Shown here: piece by piece, positions 43,789-58,784 of the stretch
How positions within the stretch are numbered: the first letter of the stretch is position 1
Layout of the letters: each line of letters begins with the position of its first letter
From: Octopus vulgaris
Taxonomy: Eukaryota
Length of the DNA stretch: 64,000 nucleotides
NCBI GenBank assembly: GCA_951406725.2
Contig: OX597815.1
Location: forward strand, 62,806,001-62,870,000
Direction of reading: 5' to 3'
Notes under the pieces: model-generated
The model's database searches: none
What the model saw: the letters and a program-made list of their open reading frames with translations, nothing else
Told to the model about the DNA's origin: nothing
Program-made: the position numbers and the translations under genes

Positions 43789-44532
43789 ACATGAGTGGTG
43801 ATACCTCTTTCCAAGTGCACATTACCAGGATGGCGACAACGTGCAGACGACTGGCTGGGTGGATCCTAAAAACATTCAGAACCAGAGATAAGGAAACCAT
43901 GATGGTCCTCTGGCGGACATTCGTCCTCAGTCGCCTGGATTACTGCTCACAGCTATGGTCACCCACCATTGTAAAATTAACAGCGGACCTTGAAGCAATC
44001 CAGAGAAGATTCACAAAGAAGATCGTCTCTTTGCAACAGCTCAGCTACTGGGAAAGGTTGAAACAGCTAAGACTCTACTCCCTGGAGAGAAGACGGGAGA
44101 GGTATGCAGTAATATATGTCTGGAAGATCCTGGAAGGAATTGTGCCAAATTTTGGCATTGTAAGCTACACCAATGCTAGAACGGGACGACACTGCATAGT
44201 GCCAAAGATCCCAGCAATGCCATCACGCTTCAGGACCAGCTTCTGCAACAGCCTGGGTTTCAAGGGCCCACAGCTTTTTAATATTCTCCCAAAGAGTCTG
44301 AGGAACTTGCACAAAGTAGATGTAGCGGTTTTTAAATCAAAGCTGGACATCTTCCTGTCAAGAGTCCCAGATGAACCTACCTCACGGCAAGAGGTGCAAA
44401 TGAGAGTAGCTATATCAAACTCCATTCTTCACCAAGTGACACATATTAAACGAGGTTCGTCGTAATAACAGTGTAGCACAAAACGGCGGTGCATCAGCAT
44501 GGCCGCAGCTCTGAGCTGAAACTAGGAAAAAA
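43789..44532 (+). mobile_element. 5'-truncated CR1-like LINE (ORF2 C-terminus 43791-44465 open, plus tail)
   Basis: SRLDYCSQLWSP, LEAIQRRFTK, SYWERLKQLRLYSLERRR. Confidence 0.88.
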
Positions 44533-44676
44533 TATATATATATACATTTGCTTTAATATATATATAATAATAATTGGCTAGTAAGTGGTGATTATTTTAA
44601 TAAGTTGGATTAAATGAAAATTTATGTGTATATATACATATATATATGTATATATATACATATATATATATATACA

Positions 44677-44742
<66 letters not shown>

Positions 44743-44767
44743 CATATACACACGCATATATTATACA

Positions 44768-45272
<505 letters not shown>

Positions 45273-46069
45273 AATAATATATTCACAGACAAAGACAGAA
45301 AGAGAGCAACATATATACATATACATATCTCCATCCGATTTGAGCCCCAAGATCGCCACCACCACCACCAGCAATAGATACTACAGCCTCAAAATCATAA
45401 CAGGCAACACAATCACGACCGACAACATTAAAAAATGTCTACAAATCTAAATATGCAACTAAATATGATCATCATAAATGTCCCCACCACCACGACCACC
45501 TTCTACTCTATCATCATCATCATCATCATCATGTTCATCATCATCATCATCATCGCCATCACCACCCCCACAACCACCACCGCCATCTGAGCATCACAAA
45601 CAAAGCTATATTGCCAATAGCAATATCATCATCATCATTGTTGTTGTAAACAAGTGACCGTCACCGTCATTATCGTGCTCATCTTCATCACCATCATCTT
45701 CATTGTCATCATAGTCATCATTGTCATGATCATCATCACCATCATCTTCATCGTCATCATTATCACCATCATCATCACCATTATCATCATCATCATCCCC
45801 ATGACACACACCACCACCATCACTTCTACGCTATTCACTGCCTGATCCATTGTTGTAACACAAATGCGATTCACTGTAGAATGCTGTGGAGTTCATCGTC
45901 CAGAGTTTTGTGTGTCTGACCTGGGGCGAATGACATTTGATATGAATTGGCAGAGTGGAGATGTCGTACTGAACAGGTGGTGGGTGATGACATATAGGGA
46001 GGATGGAAGAGAATTCGTGGATTCTGAGGAAGAGACAGAAACAATGAGAAAAAATGAAAACAGTTAGTA

Positions 46070-46361
46070 TATATTGGATTGCGTGTTCGTTTCTCTTTTT
46101 GCCACCTGTGATTTTTATTTTTGATCTTCTATATAAATGAAGATATCTCCTCCGTCAGGCTGCTTTTCTTTCAACAAAACGGAAAGTTACATTGCAGAGT
46201 TGTATTTATTTATCACCCGACGAGATGCATCTGCACCGCCGAATGCTCCTGAACCAGTTGTAGAGTGTTCCACCCATAAGGGATCGATACTAGATGTGTC
46301 GAAACAGTTATCGGGATTAATAATAGGTTCTTGTATACTCCATCTTCCGTCTTTCATTTGC

Positions 46362-46365
<4 letters not shown>
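46070..46365 (+). mobile_element. Repeat family Q copy 2, with hammerhead-like motif (46212-46317)
   Basis: atcac-CCGACGA-GATGCATCT...AGATGTGTC-GAAAC-AGTT-ATC-gggat. Confidence 0.55.
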
Positions 46366-46447
<82 letters not shown>

Positions 46448-46504
46448 GAAGGAAATGGAGATTGAGAAGTTAATAATTGTGCATTATTAATAGCAAAGTG
46501 GTCA

Positions 46505-46588
46505 TCTTCATTGACAGACGTTTTTATTATTGTTCAATAAGCATTAAATTTACATTTATGCGACATGAGTATCATATCATCAGAAGAA
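46505..46588 (-). ncRNA. Degenerate hammerhead motif
   Basis: Minus: tctt-CTGATGA-TATGAT...ATAATA-AAAAC-GTCT-GTC-aatga (G12 mutated). Confidence 0.5.
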
Positions 46589-46699
46589 AAAAGATGTAGA
46601 TTTGGATGCTATATGTGTGTTTGTGAATTCATTTTAGAAGACGGCTAAAATGAATTCACAAACTGTGTCTTCTAAAATGAATTCACACTCTTGTTTATG

Positions 46700-46915
46700 T
46701 GTGTTTGATTTTGCTTTTATACCTCAAGCTGAACTGCTGAACTCTACTGTGTCTTTTTTCATTCTGTCTCTATTTTTCCTTTTATTCCTTTCTGTCGAAG
46801 AGCGTATGCTCGAAACGTAAAAGACTTTTCTATTTTTCCCGAGCGTCAATCTAATACACTTGCTTGTTCCCACACCTGTCTTCCTCTTTTGTTTTTTTTA
46901 TAAATTTCCACTACA
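46700..46915 (+). mobile_element. Short PLE 3'-terminal fragment with hammerhead (46787-46825)
   Basis: CTTT-CTGTCGA-A-GAGC-GTAT-GCTC-GAAA-CG-TA-AAAG. The downstream sequence aligns with 38610-38710. Confidence 0.75.
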
Positions 46916-46916
46916 A

Positions 46917-46950
<34 letters not shown>

Positions 46951-47459
46951 TCATTCTATCCCTCTGCTCCCTACCTCTCTCTGTTCCTCCCACGTGATCG
47001 GTGCTCAGCCAAGTATGATCTTTTTTTCTTGCCCTGACCGCCGCTCGCACAACACCTTATCTTCCTGTCACCTGACCTTCATCTATGTTGCCACAAGACT
47101 TCCACTTCACACGCCAGCTTAATTTAAGTTGTCCTTTTAGTCTAAACATATCTGTTGTTATTCTTGTTGTTTGTATTTGTAATCATGTAACATTTTCTCC
47201 ATTTTCTCGATCTTTTGTTCGTGTTGTCGCACATATTCGCCCGTTTTCTTCCAAAAATTTAATGCACTTAGCTTAGGTTTTTGGGACCTACCAGTTTTGT
47301 ACAGTCTCAAGTGTAACAGAAAAAAACTGTCAAAAGGTCGGAGGAACGCATGAGTAGTCAACAGCCATCCAACAATATGTGTATATGTATATACTGTTTT
47401 ATCTTATTTTACTTATATTTCAAATTTGTTGTATTTAATTTCATTAGGGGCAGATGGGG

Positions 47460-50127
47460 TTTCTTAACCTTGGTGAAGACAAGAGAGGAAAACTCTGATA
47501 TAAAACCAGGTCTTTGATTACTGAGGGTCTCCTTAATAGGGCTGCACTATCTGCAGACTCTGACTCATAGGGTAGACTAGGCATTCCAGTTTGTTTCGAG
47601 CGGCTTGTCTAGGAGATAGAAACCTCTGAAAAAAATCCTGATGTGTGTTGTTCTTGGTATTATGACACGTGTGTGTACCATATTCTTGCTATCAGCACTT
47701 CCAAATGGTATGGCTGATTCTACACAAGCCTTCAACACTTAAATCAAATCATATGCGTGGGTTTTCTGACAACTTACATTTACTATAGCATAGCTTTAAC
47801 TTGAAAAAAAATCCAAAAATCCCCTGGTGAGAGAGTGAAAGCGGCAGGGACAGGTAAAGGCGGCGAACATTGGGTGATGGCAGTTCCAGTACAGAACTTG
47901 TAACTGTGTTGTCCGTGTCCTCCAGTGATGACAAAACAGGTCTATTTAGACACAGTACTGCTTTTCCCAACAGGGGGAGGGGCGGGAAAAGGAGCGCCAA
48001 ACATTGCTTACTCACCTTAAACTTGCCAGCCCACTACAGCTGTCTGTCTATTCAGTAACGCAGTCGAAACACGAAGAAATCTAAGAGTATTAACTTTGGC
48101 TCTTGAAATGTGCGCACTCTCCAAGACAGTCACCCAGCACCACAATGAAAAACAGCACTGATTACCCTTGAACTAAAGAAATACAACATTGACATAACTG
48201 CACTCAGTGAACACTGTTGACTGATAAATCTGACATCCTGAAACGCTATAAAGATCACTTTGAAGACGATTTGAACTCCTCCTCAGTCACTAATGATGAC
48301 GTCATAATGTGCAATCCACAGCACGCTGAAATACCGGAATTGTCTGATCTCTTCTGGTAAAGTGCCTGACAGGGATGCTGTCCCTCCTGAAATCTACCAG
48401 CATGGTGGACAGAAGAAATTGCATGACCTCTTCATAAATATTTGGATGGTAGGCCTTGTACCACAGTCCTCCAAGGATGCCTCAATTCAACATCTTTATA
48501 AGAACAAAGGAAATAGAAGTATCTGTGATAACCATTACGGAATATAGCATCAGTCTATTGCTGGTAAGATTCTTGCTCATCTCATTCTTGACAGGATCAT
48601 TAAACACCTTGTAAATGATAGCTATCCAGAATCACAGTGCGGATTATGCTCTGGTCGTGGCACTGTCGACATGAGATTTTTCCTTCGACAGGTCATGGAG
48701 AAGGTACATGGGAAAAATCAAGAGTTGTTCATGGTATTCCTTGACTTTACTAAGGCCTTCGACACTGTTAACTGTCAAACACTATGGAAAATTCTGAAAA
48801 AGCTTGGTGTACCTGAAAAAATGTTGAATGTTATCATATCTTTTTATGAGGGAATGAAGGCTTCTGTCGTGTCCGGTGAGGAATCTTCGGCTTCTTTTGA
48901 CGTTACAAACGGCACAAAGCAAGATGGCCCTTGTTTTTTTCGCACTCTTCTCTTCAGTGATGCTGAGGTATGCTTTTGGCCTCATATAAAGTGGTGTCAA
49001 ATTCCAGTATGGAACAAGTGGTGGACTATTCAATCATCAGTGTTTCAAAGCCAGAACACTGCTACGTACCAGTATTATTAGTGATCTACTTTTTGCAGTT
49101 GATGCTGCACTAGTAGAGACATCCTTAAAGGGAGCTCAGGAACATGTAGACCGGTTTTCTGCTGCATGTAAAGCTTTTAGTTTGACCACCAGCATAAAGG
49201 AGACAGAAGTAATCCACCAACCTTGCCCTACTCCGAGACAAATTCGAGGTGTCAAGCAAAGGTCACCGGTTCACAATTTTTCTGGCACTCCCATACATGG
49301 TGATGGGAAAACCTAAATTATATGAAGTAATTTACATATCTTGGTAGTAAAATGAATTCGAGCGCTTCCTTTGATGATGAAATTATCAACCGTCATGCAA
49401 AGGCAACCAATGTTTTTGGCAAGCTCTGTTATCGCCTATGAAATGAAAGGGGCATCAAACTTGACCCCAAAGTACAGTTCTATAAAGCTGCCATTCTTAC
49501 TACTCTCTTGTATGGCTCAGAATTTTAGATACCATATAGATGACACATTAACCAACTAGACATCTTCCACAAAGACTGTCTGAAGACAATCTGCGGTTAT
49601 TCATTAAAAGACAAAGTTTCTATTGCCGACCTGTTTAGTAAGTGTAAAATGGTGGAATCGAGAGCTTCCTTATACAATCACAATTGCGCTGGGCCGGCCA
49701 TATTGTCAAAATGAGTAAAGAAAGAATACTCAAAGTCCTCATGTACAGCCAGCCTAAGAGTGGGAACAGGAATATTGGTCAACCAGATATAAGGACAAGC
49801 TGAAGAGTAACCTCATAGAAATGAAGATAGATCACAACACCTTTGAGCAAACAGCCTTGGGGCGAACAAAATGGAGATCGTTGTGTCAAAATAGTATTAG
49901 AAACTTAGTTGCAACCAGCATTAACAGGCTTCAGGATGCAAGGCAGAGAAGAAAAGCGGGTGTAAATATACCATGAACACTGACCTGTTATCCTCATACT
50001 TGCAGGATATGTGGGCTTTTTTGCAAATCATTGGCGGGACTTAAATATCACATTCGACATAAGCATTATGGCCGACAATGAAATAGTAGGTCGTCGGATC
50101 CTCATACATAGAAACCGACGGGAGAGT

Positions 50128-50132
<5 letters not shown>
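47460..50132 (+). pseudogene. RTE-clade LINE, decayed and internally deleted
   Basis: NFGS*NVRTL (APE start), IDITALSE, PESQCG, LDFTKAFDTV, YLGS, QLRWAGH, and a C-terminal C2H2 (CRIC..HIRHKH). Confidence 0.88.
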
Positions 50133-50221
<89 letters not shown>

Positions 50222-50373
50222 CATATATATATATACAAATATATATACGTGTACACATAGACACACAAATACTCAAACACACGCACACATAGATATGTAG
50301 ATAGAAAGATATAAATATATATGTAGTGTTAAAGACTTGGTCTTTGAAGCCTTTGCCTCTGTCTTATGTTTAA

Positions 50374-50405
<32 letters not shown>

Positions 50406-50470
50406 ATGTATATATATATGTGTGTGTGTGTGTGTGGGTGGGTGTTTAAACGTACACTAATTTTTATATT

Positions 50471-50547
<77 letters not shown>

Positions 50548-51590
50548 GCAGAGAGATAGGAGGAGAGAGAGGTGCAGAACTGAAGGTGAGAAGTAGGAGA
50601 GCGAAAGACAGGTTGTTCGAAACAGAAACTAGTCGATGAAAGGACGGCAAAAGGATAAAATAGGTGGGAAAATGATTGTGAGTGGGATACATCAGGGAGA
50701 AGAAATAACTGAACAGAACGAAAGAATGAAGAAAATCACTAAAAGAAGAACGATAGGAAAATAAATCCCCTTCCACCCACAAATAAACGATAACTTCCTT
50801 AATTTGTCTTGGAGAAATGCAACCAATACGAACAATAATATTAACAACATTAGCTACGACATGAATTGCTGAGAAGCAAATATTCAGTGAATCAAACAAG
50901 CAGACGATCAGTCCTCTCTACAATACTCAACACGCAACTCTCTCTTTTTCTTTCACCGCGAAGTAAATGATACCGTGGAAGAAAATATATATAAAACAGG
51001 AAACAAACAAATGAATATAAAATCATTGGAAAATATACAAATAACACGCCACCATAGTACTTCAATGACGTAAACGTATGAGCTACAATATTAGACCAAT
51101 CAAACAACGAGACAGGAGCGTCACTGCTTTCTGTGGAAGGACATTTTGCTTAAAAGCAGACGATAAGTTTGGGCTCAATTATCGACAACTTTCTGAACGA
51201 AAACAATTGTTTGCTTCGAGCTCTTTTTATATCATTCATTCATTCGCTATCTCTCTCTTTCTCTCTTTCTCTTTCTCCCACTCATTCTTCCAATGAATCA
51301 TTCATTCCTTCATTTAGTCTCTTTTTCTATTGTTATATTCTTTCTTACATTACAGTTTCCTGTTACACTCGTCTCACTTCCATATTCAGTCTTTCAATTC
51401 TTCTTTCATTCATTTTGCTTTCATTTTTTGCGTCGTCTTGTTTTGTCCTTCTGTCTCTCAGTCAATTTTTTCTGTCTTCAGTCATTAAATATTCCTCTTA
51501 TATTTGGTCATTTTTATATTTCTGTTTACACAATTTCGATATCTATCATTCCAAACAATCCCCCCTCTCACTCTCTCTCCTTATCTAGCT

Positions 51591-51651
<61 letters not shown>

Positions 51652-51690
51652 TACATATATATATTATATATATAATATAAATATGTATAT

Positions 51691-51789
<99 letters not shown>

Positions 51790-51886
51790 CATACATACAT
51801 AATATACAGCAAGAAGAAAATGGAGGGGTTCAAGAGGTGGTATTCATCAACTTATAAACATTATATTATGTCTATTTATTTTTATT

Positions 51887-51940
<54 letters not shown>

Positions 51941-53356
51941 GCATACATACATATATACATACACACACACACAACACAAACCCGTATAAATTACTGTTCC
52001 AAACTGTATAATACTTCATAAGAATTCTATAGATTTTAATCTACACTGTATGTATAAAGAAATGGATCTCAGTTACTTTCGACGAGGAAGATTCAATTGT
52101 TCGATCATACTGGACTTCGATCTTCCCATTGAAAGAGTATAAAAGTAGCAGAGTATTCTTCAAACTCGCAGTGCCTTAATGTGATCGATAAATAGTATCA
52201 GTATGACACAGAGTTCCACGTGAGTAAACTTCTAAACTATAGATATAATACATCAGACAGGCTTTCTCACAGTTTCTGTCCGCCGAGTTACACTCATAAG
52301 GCTTTGATAAAAAGTACTTATCCAAATTATCAGTGTATGTGAACGAGGGCTTGCGATCGAAACCCGAGACGCCACGATTGCGTGATGAACTTCTTAAGCA
52401 ACTTTGTGTGTGTGTGTGATAGTATAATCGATTCAAATGAGGAAAGGGGAAGCCAAATCGATGTGTGTGTCTGTGTCTGTCTGTGTGTTTAAGCATGTAT
52501 ATGCCATTATGTGTATGTTTTGTATCGGGACTTCTGTATTTGTTACCTTAGTGTCGTGCACTAATACAGTGATATATAGAACCACGGAACGGGGTAGGCA
52601 CCAACTGTCTCCACGTAATGTATTCCCAAATACTCTGCAAACAACTGTAATCAATCCAAGACAACTTTCAACGAACTATAACAACTTCTCAACAATGTCC
52701 TGCGACTCCATGAACTCAGGAACGACACCTCTCGACTTCCTGCGATTTCTCATCTCTTGCTCTCAGTAAAACACGCTGTTACTTATACGAATTTCGCTAG
52801 TCCATTCTTACAGGGGATGTCATGATTCTCGCCATAACATCTCCCCTTTTGAGATTCGACTTCGGTAGGAAGTGCACTTGCTTATTTAATTTTATTCTAT
52901 ATTTTTTCTTTATTACCTCTCCCTTTTTTGAGATTTTAATTTCCTAAACATTTTTTATATTTCTTTCACTTAGGGACTATTTCTAGTCGTTCTGTTTACT
53001 TACGTTTTATATTGCTGATCCGCCTAGGTTCAATCTCTTTTGGCATTGAAACATGGAACAAGTAACAAACTTCCATCGGTCTTTCTTCTCTTTCTTCGGC
53101 ATGTCTAGTCTTCAACTGGTTGATATGTGGTTTGTGCTCTCCTATTTGACCTTTTATTATGTAAATTGTATTGCCTATTCTTTTCGTCACTATAATGTCC
53201 TCTCAACCTTGTCTTCCATTTTTATATATTTTGAAATGAACTTTATCTCCCACAATAAAATACTTTGGGTTTTCCTTATAAGATTTTTTGTAGGTAACAA
53301 TCTATCAAAAATTGATTTTAACATCCGAGTAAACATCACACACACACACACACACA

Positions 53357-53416
<60 letters not shown>

Positions 53417-53899
53417 TACATGTATGTATATTTGCCAAAAGAAGATACTCTAACAACTGGTAACTCACTTAAGTTTCATTTATTTTTAAATCTAACCTAC
53501 CAACCATAATGAAGAGGACCTGACTGAGCTTTTGAACAAAGGAAAATTGTCCTGCGGTTCTACTGAAAGTTAAAAAAAGTTGAAGTGCAAAGACGGTTTA
53601 GGTAAGAGTTTCAAACTGATCCACCTTTGCGACCCACCTAGAATAGGAATAAAGTTTAAGGCAAATGGAACTTTTAAAGCTTCTAGATTTTTATAACGTA
53701 AACATATTAGAGCTCTCGTTGGTAAGAACATTCGAAGGGTTCCTTTGGTGAAATGGTTACAACAACTGTCAAGCTTACAGATGTGGTTTCATGACTTACC
53801 GGCAGTTTTAAAGTATTTCCATTCAAGAAGTTTTTAACCCAGTATCCTAAACGTTATATATAGCTTTATCTCTTTCGATCTCCATCGTTAAAAATAATC

Positions 53900-53960
<61 letters not shown>

Positions 53961-54720
53961 TCAGTGTAAAATTACTTCCGGTTCTGACGTCTTTTTATAT
54001 AGGTAGTTCTTCATCTCAGTTGTCCAAAATAGTATCTAATCATTACTCTACATTTAGGCTTATAAAAAAACGTAACAATACTGGGCTTAGTAAATTAATC
54101 TGGCATCTAAAAGATGTTAATACACAATTTAATTTGGAATGGAATATTCTCTTTATATGTTTTCCGTGTAAATCTTTTGGTTCGCTTTGTAACAGTGAAA
54201 TGTACTTTATCCTGTTCTCAGGAATCCCCTTGTAAACAAGTTTATATAACGCGTTTATCGTTGCAAATATTGGCAGAAACATACCTTTAGTTCCTATGAG
54301 TGATTTCTACCATTCTATAAAATTCGACCTTTGACTGTCTTCTTACATTTCACTTCCACTAAATATATCTACGTTCATGCCTTTAAGCTTTATTCTAATT
54401 CAGCTCTATATCTCTCTACTATTAGTTTCCTGCTAATTTCTTTCTTTCTCCTCCTTCTCTTTTTATAAAATAGCTCTGTGTTGTATCTAATAACCGTTAA
54501 AAAAAACTTGATAGCGTTGCCTTCATCGTATACGCAGTCATCACTTTCTGTTAAAATGTCTTATTGATGTGCTTGGTTTCTTTCATTCCCTGATGAGAAG
54601 ATTGCATTGTTTTGCACCAATTTATTCCTTCTGGAATAATACCAATATTGTCTTCGAAACATATGTCGAAAGTAAAAGAATTTGAATAACACCTGCGTTT
54701 AACTCCATTTATTTATCTAT
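53961..54720 (+). mobile_element. PLE 3' remnant (Naiad/Neptune-like GIY-YIG) with hammerhead at 54585-54672
   Basis: YIGSS..NHYSTFR..TGLSKLIWHLKD..LEWNIL..LCNSE; CTGATGA-GAAGA...TCTTC-GAAAC-ATAT-GTC. Confidence 0.65.
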
Positions 54721-55368
54721 ATATATACATACATATATATGTGTGTATGTGTGTTAATTTATGCATGGAGTTATACGTATGTGTATATGTATATCCATAT
54801 GGTCATATGTGTGCGTGGTTGTATGCATCAAGATTTCATATGTTCTGTGGCTGTCCTTAAGAAATGCAGTAATAAAGCAAGTTTTATAATCGACAACCTA
54901 ACACACACATATATACACACACATACGTAGACTTTCTTTCTCTTTCGTATTTCCTTCTCTCCCCTCCCATTCTCCATGTCTATCTTTCACTCTCAAACAT
55001 TTATTCTCACATTTTTAAACTCGGCTCCAAATTGTTTCATTCATATTTCATCGAAATGTTTTATGATTGTTATGATAGTTGTGGTGGTGGTGGTGGGTAA
55101 CAGTGATGCTGATGATAATGGTGATGGTGGTGGTGGTTGTGGTGGTGATAGCAGTACTGCTACTAAGAGGGGTGTCAGTGATATTGGAGGTGGTGATGGT
55201 TTTGATGGTGGTGGTACAGTGAACGGAAAGAATGGTAATAGTGGTACAGTGGTATGTAGGACTATGTAGGGGTAGGTGGGAGTAACAGTGCTTCTAATAA
55301 AAGATGGTGGTGTTGGCCATGTCAGTAATAGTAGTACTAGTAGTCGTAGTAGTAGTAGCAGCAATAGC

Positions 55369-55429
<61 letters not shown>

Positions 55430-56130
55430 ATGCTTTTGTTGTTGTTGGTTGTGGTAGTGATAGTGTTAGCTGGTAGTGATAGTAAAGAAAGGTGGCAGTT
55501 ACAGTGTTGCTGCTGGTGGTGGTAGCAGTGGTAATAGTAGTAGTGGTAATTGTGGTACTGAGAGTGGTGAATTGATAATGGTGGTGGCAGAGTAGTAGTG
55601 AAAGTAGGATCAGTTTATTGTAATGTTAGTGCTGTTGGTGGTGGTGGTGTTGGTGTTGGTGGTGATCATGAAGGTTGTGTGTTGTTGTTATTGGTTGTCG
55701 CAATGGTAGTGACGGTAGTGGTAATGGAATGGGGGGTGATGCCAATGCTGGTCATGAAAACGGTGGAAAAGATAGACATGGTACGGGATGTGTTGAGATC
55801 GGGATGGTAGTTGTTTAAAGAGAACGTGTCTGTAAATGGTGGCGATGGAGTGATGGTTGTCGTAGTAGTGGTGGTTGTGGAGATGATGACAGTGGCGCTG
55901 GTGGTGGTGATGGTAGTGGTTGTGGTATTGGTGATGGGGAGGCACGAGAATGATTCAATAATGGAATAATTGTAGAAACGTATGTATAAAATATGAGAAA
56001 GATGGTAATAAAGAAAATCAACACGAGAGAAGGAAAGGAAGAAAGAAGAAAAGAAAATTATTAAGACGGAAAATGTAAAAAATTTGAAAAAACGGAAGAA
56101 AATATGAAGAAGCGAACGTTGGAATGAATG

Positions 56131-56180
<50 letters not shown>

Positions 56181-56196
56181 TATGATAATAATAATG

Positions 56197-56274
<78 letters not shown>

Positions 56275-56706
56275 GTAAATGGAAATCATAAATATTAAAA
56301 TGATAAAGCCCTAATAAAATAGAAAGACCAACATCAATAACAATAATATTAACAATAATAGTAATAAAAATATAATCACATTAAAAATGATCGTGGTCAT
56401 GACTATGATGATGATGATGATGAAGATGGTGGTGGTGTTGGTGGTGGTGGTGGTGGTGGTGGTGGTGGTGGCAGCGGCGACGGTGGTGGTGATGGCAGTG
56501 TTTGTGGTGGTGGTGATGGAGGTGTCGGTGGTGGGGTCGTTGTTGGTTGTGGTGGTGATAATAAAGATTGCAATAATAAAGATGGCAATAATAAAAATAT
56601 AATGATAATGAAATAATAATTAATAAACGGGAAAAAAAACGAAAAAATCAATATCAAAACAATAATAAACAAGTATAATAATAATAACAACAACATCAAC
56701 AACAAC

Positions 56707-56759
<53 letters not shown>

Positions 56760-56889
56760 TAAGGGCATATAGGAATAAAAGAATACACATATGAATGTAG
56801 AAATAAAACGAATTATAGAAATGGCGAACAATTCGGCAGCACACCTACATTCCCACACCACGCGAAGTATATACATAATTGAATTGATG

Positions 56890-57000
<111 letters not shown>

Positions 57001-57002
57001 CC

Positions 57003-57080
<78 letters not shown>

Positions 57081-57589
57081 AAGAAGAAGAAGAAAGTGAC
57101 GTCGACGAAAAATGATGATAACTTTGAAGATGATGATGATGATGATGATGATAACGACGAGGACGACGGTGGTGAAAGCGACAGCTATGATGATGGCGAG
57201 GAGAAACGAGAGGGAAGGAGCAGGCAGATGACGACGATACCTAAAGTGACGATGTTGCTAAATCGATAAATAAATAATTCATTAAATAAAAATATAAAAA
57301 ATGGATACTAAAAAGAGAAATAAATATATTTTAATTTTGAAATATATGAAATAACAAAAAATATAATTAGACACCTTTGCCACCCACACAAATACTCACA
57401 GACACACACTTTTATATATACCTACCTACCTACCTAACTACCTACCTATCTACCTACCCACCCACCAACCTATCTACCTACCTACATAATACCTATCTAT
57501 CTATCAATATTTCTATCTATCTATCTTTCTTTCTATCTAACAATCTATCTGCATATGTGTGGTCTATAATCACATACGTGTTGTTGGTA

Positions 57590-57895
57590 ATACTTTTCAT
57601 TCTGTGGACTTCTCCGTTTTCCTTTATGACGAAGAGCTATGCTCGAAACATTAAATACTCTCTTATTTTTCCACCTTTACCGAACGTCAAACTAACACAT
57701 TCCATGTGCACGTCCTTTTGTTGTTTTGTTATCGTTATTTATGTTCGATCATTCGATCTCACTAGATATATATCGCCATGATAGATCGCTAGCCACTACA
57801 CATTCTTTATTTTCTCTCCTTGTTTCTTTCTGTGTTCCTTTCTGTGGAAGAGCGTAGGCTCGAAACGTTAAAGACTTTTTCACTTCCCGAGCGTA
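57590..57895 (+). mobile_element. Two tandem PLE terminal fragments, each with a hammerhead (57621-57657, 57837-57875)
   Basis: ATGACGA-A-GAGC-TAT-GCTC-GAAACATT and CTGTGGA-A-GAGC-GTAG-GCTC-GAAACGTT-AAAG. Flanks align with the PLE 3' UTR. Confidence 0.7.
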
Positions 57896-58784
57896 CACAC
57901 ATATGTATGTGTGTATGTGTCTGAATGTTAGAATGTAAGATGGTATGTATGTACATATGCATGTATGTATGTATGTATGTATGTATGTATGTATGTATGT
58001 ATGTATGTATGTATGTATGTATGTATTTATGTATGTATGTATGTATGTACTAGCTCCTGTGGAGGACTCTTCATTGAGCCTTGAGCCCAATAATGACACT
58101 TCATACATTGAGTCCATATCAAATTTTATTAAACTTGCCCAATATTTTTCAAGCAATGAACAGTTTTCGTCACAACAATGATTATAATAATATGTCGACT
58201 TGGAACTTATTGCAAAGCTTCATGAAAAACTACATTTTTTTGTCTTCCCATTCGGGGGTTAATACACTTTTTTTCTGTCTAACCTCTTTCTTTCTCTCTC
58301 TTTTTGTCGATTGTTTTCAACCATCACCATCACACGTACCACAACCATCACCACCACATCTGTCGTACACACACTATTCAGACTTCTGCTGCCACCACCA
58401 TCAGTACCTTTGACTTCGCCGCCCCCTTCTCCACCATCACCACTGGCTTTCACATCCCTTACTATCAGTGTTATGCTTACCGCCTCAGCTACAACCACCA
58501 CCACCACCGCCGTCGTCGCCGCCGCCGCCACCACCACCTCCATCATCATCATTGTCGACTCCTCCTCTATCACAACTACAGCTCATACTATTTCTATCAC
58601 CCCATTACCATCTCAGCTGTCAATCTACTACCGCCCTCATCGTCTCTGTGCTTACTATTACTCTCACCCCAGCAAGAGGAGTAGAAGAAGTGTCATTGAA
58701 TAGGGAGAGAGTGAGTCAAAGTTTGACACTCTGACACACAGCAATTCATTTTGGCATTTATTATAGATATATACATGTATATTT

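Noticed and set aside
53010-53062. CTGATCC-GCC...GGC-ATT-GAAACATG and similar traces at 50860-50890 and 51130-51200
   Set aside because: Too many core deviations to distinguish from chance.
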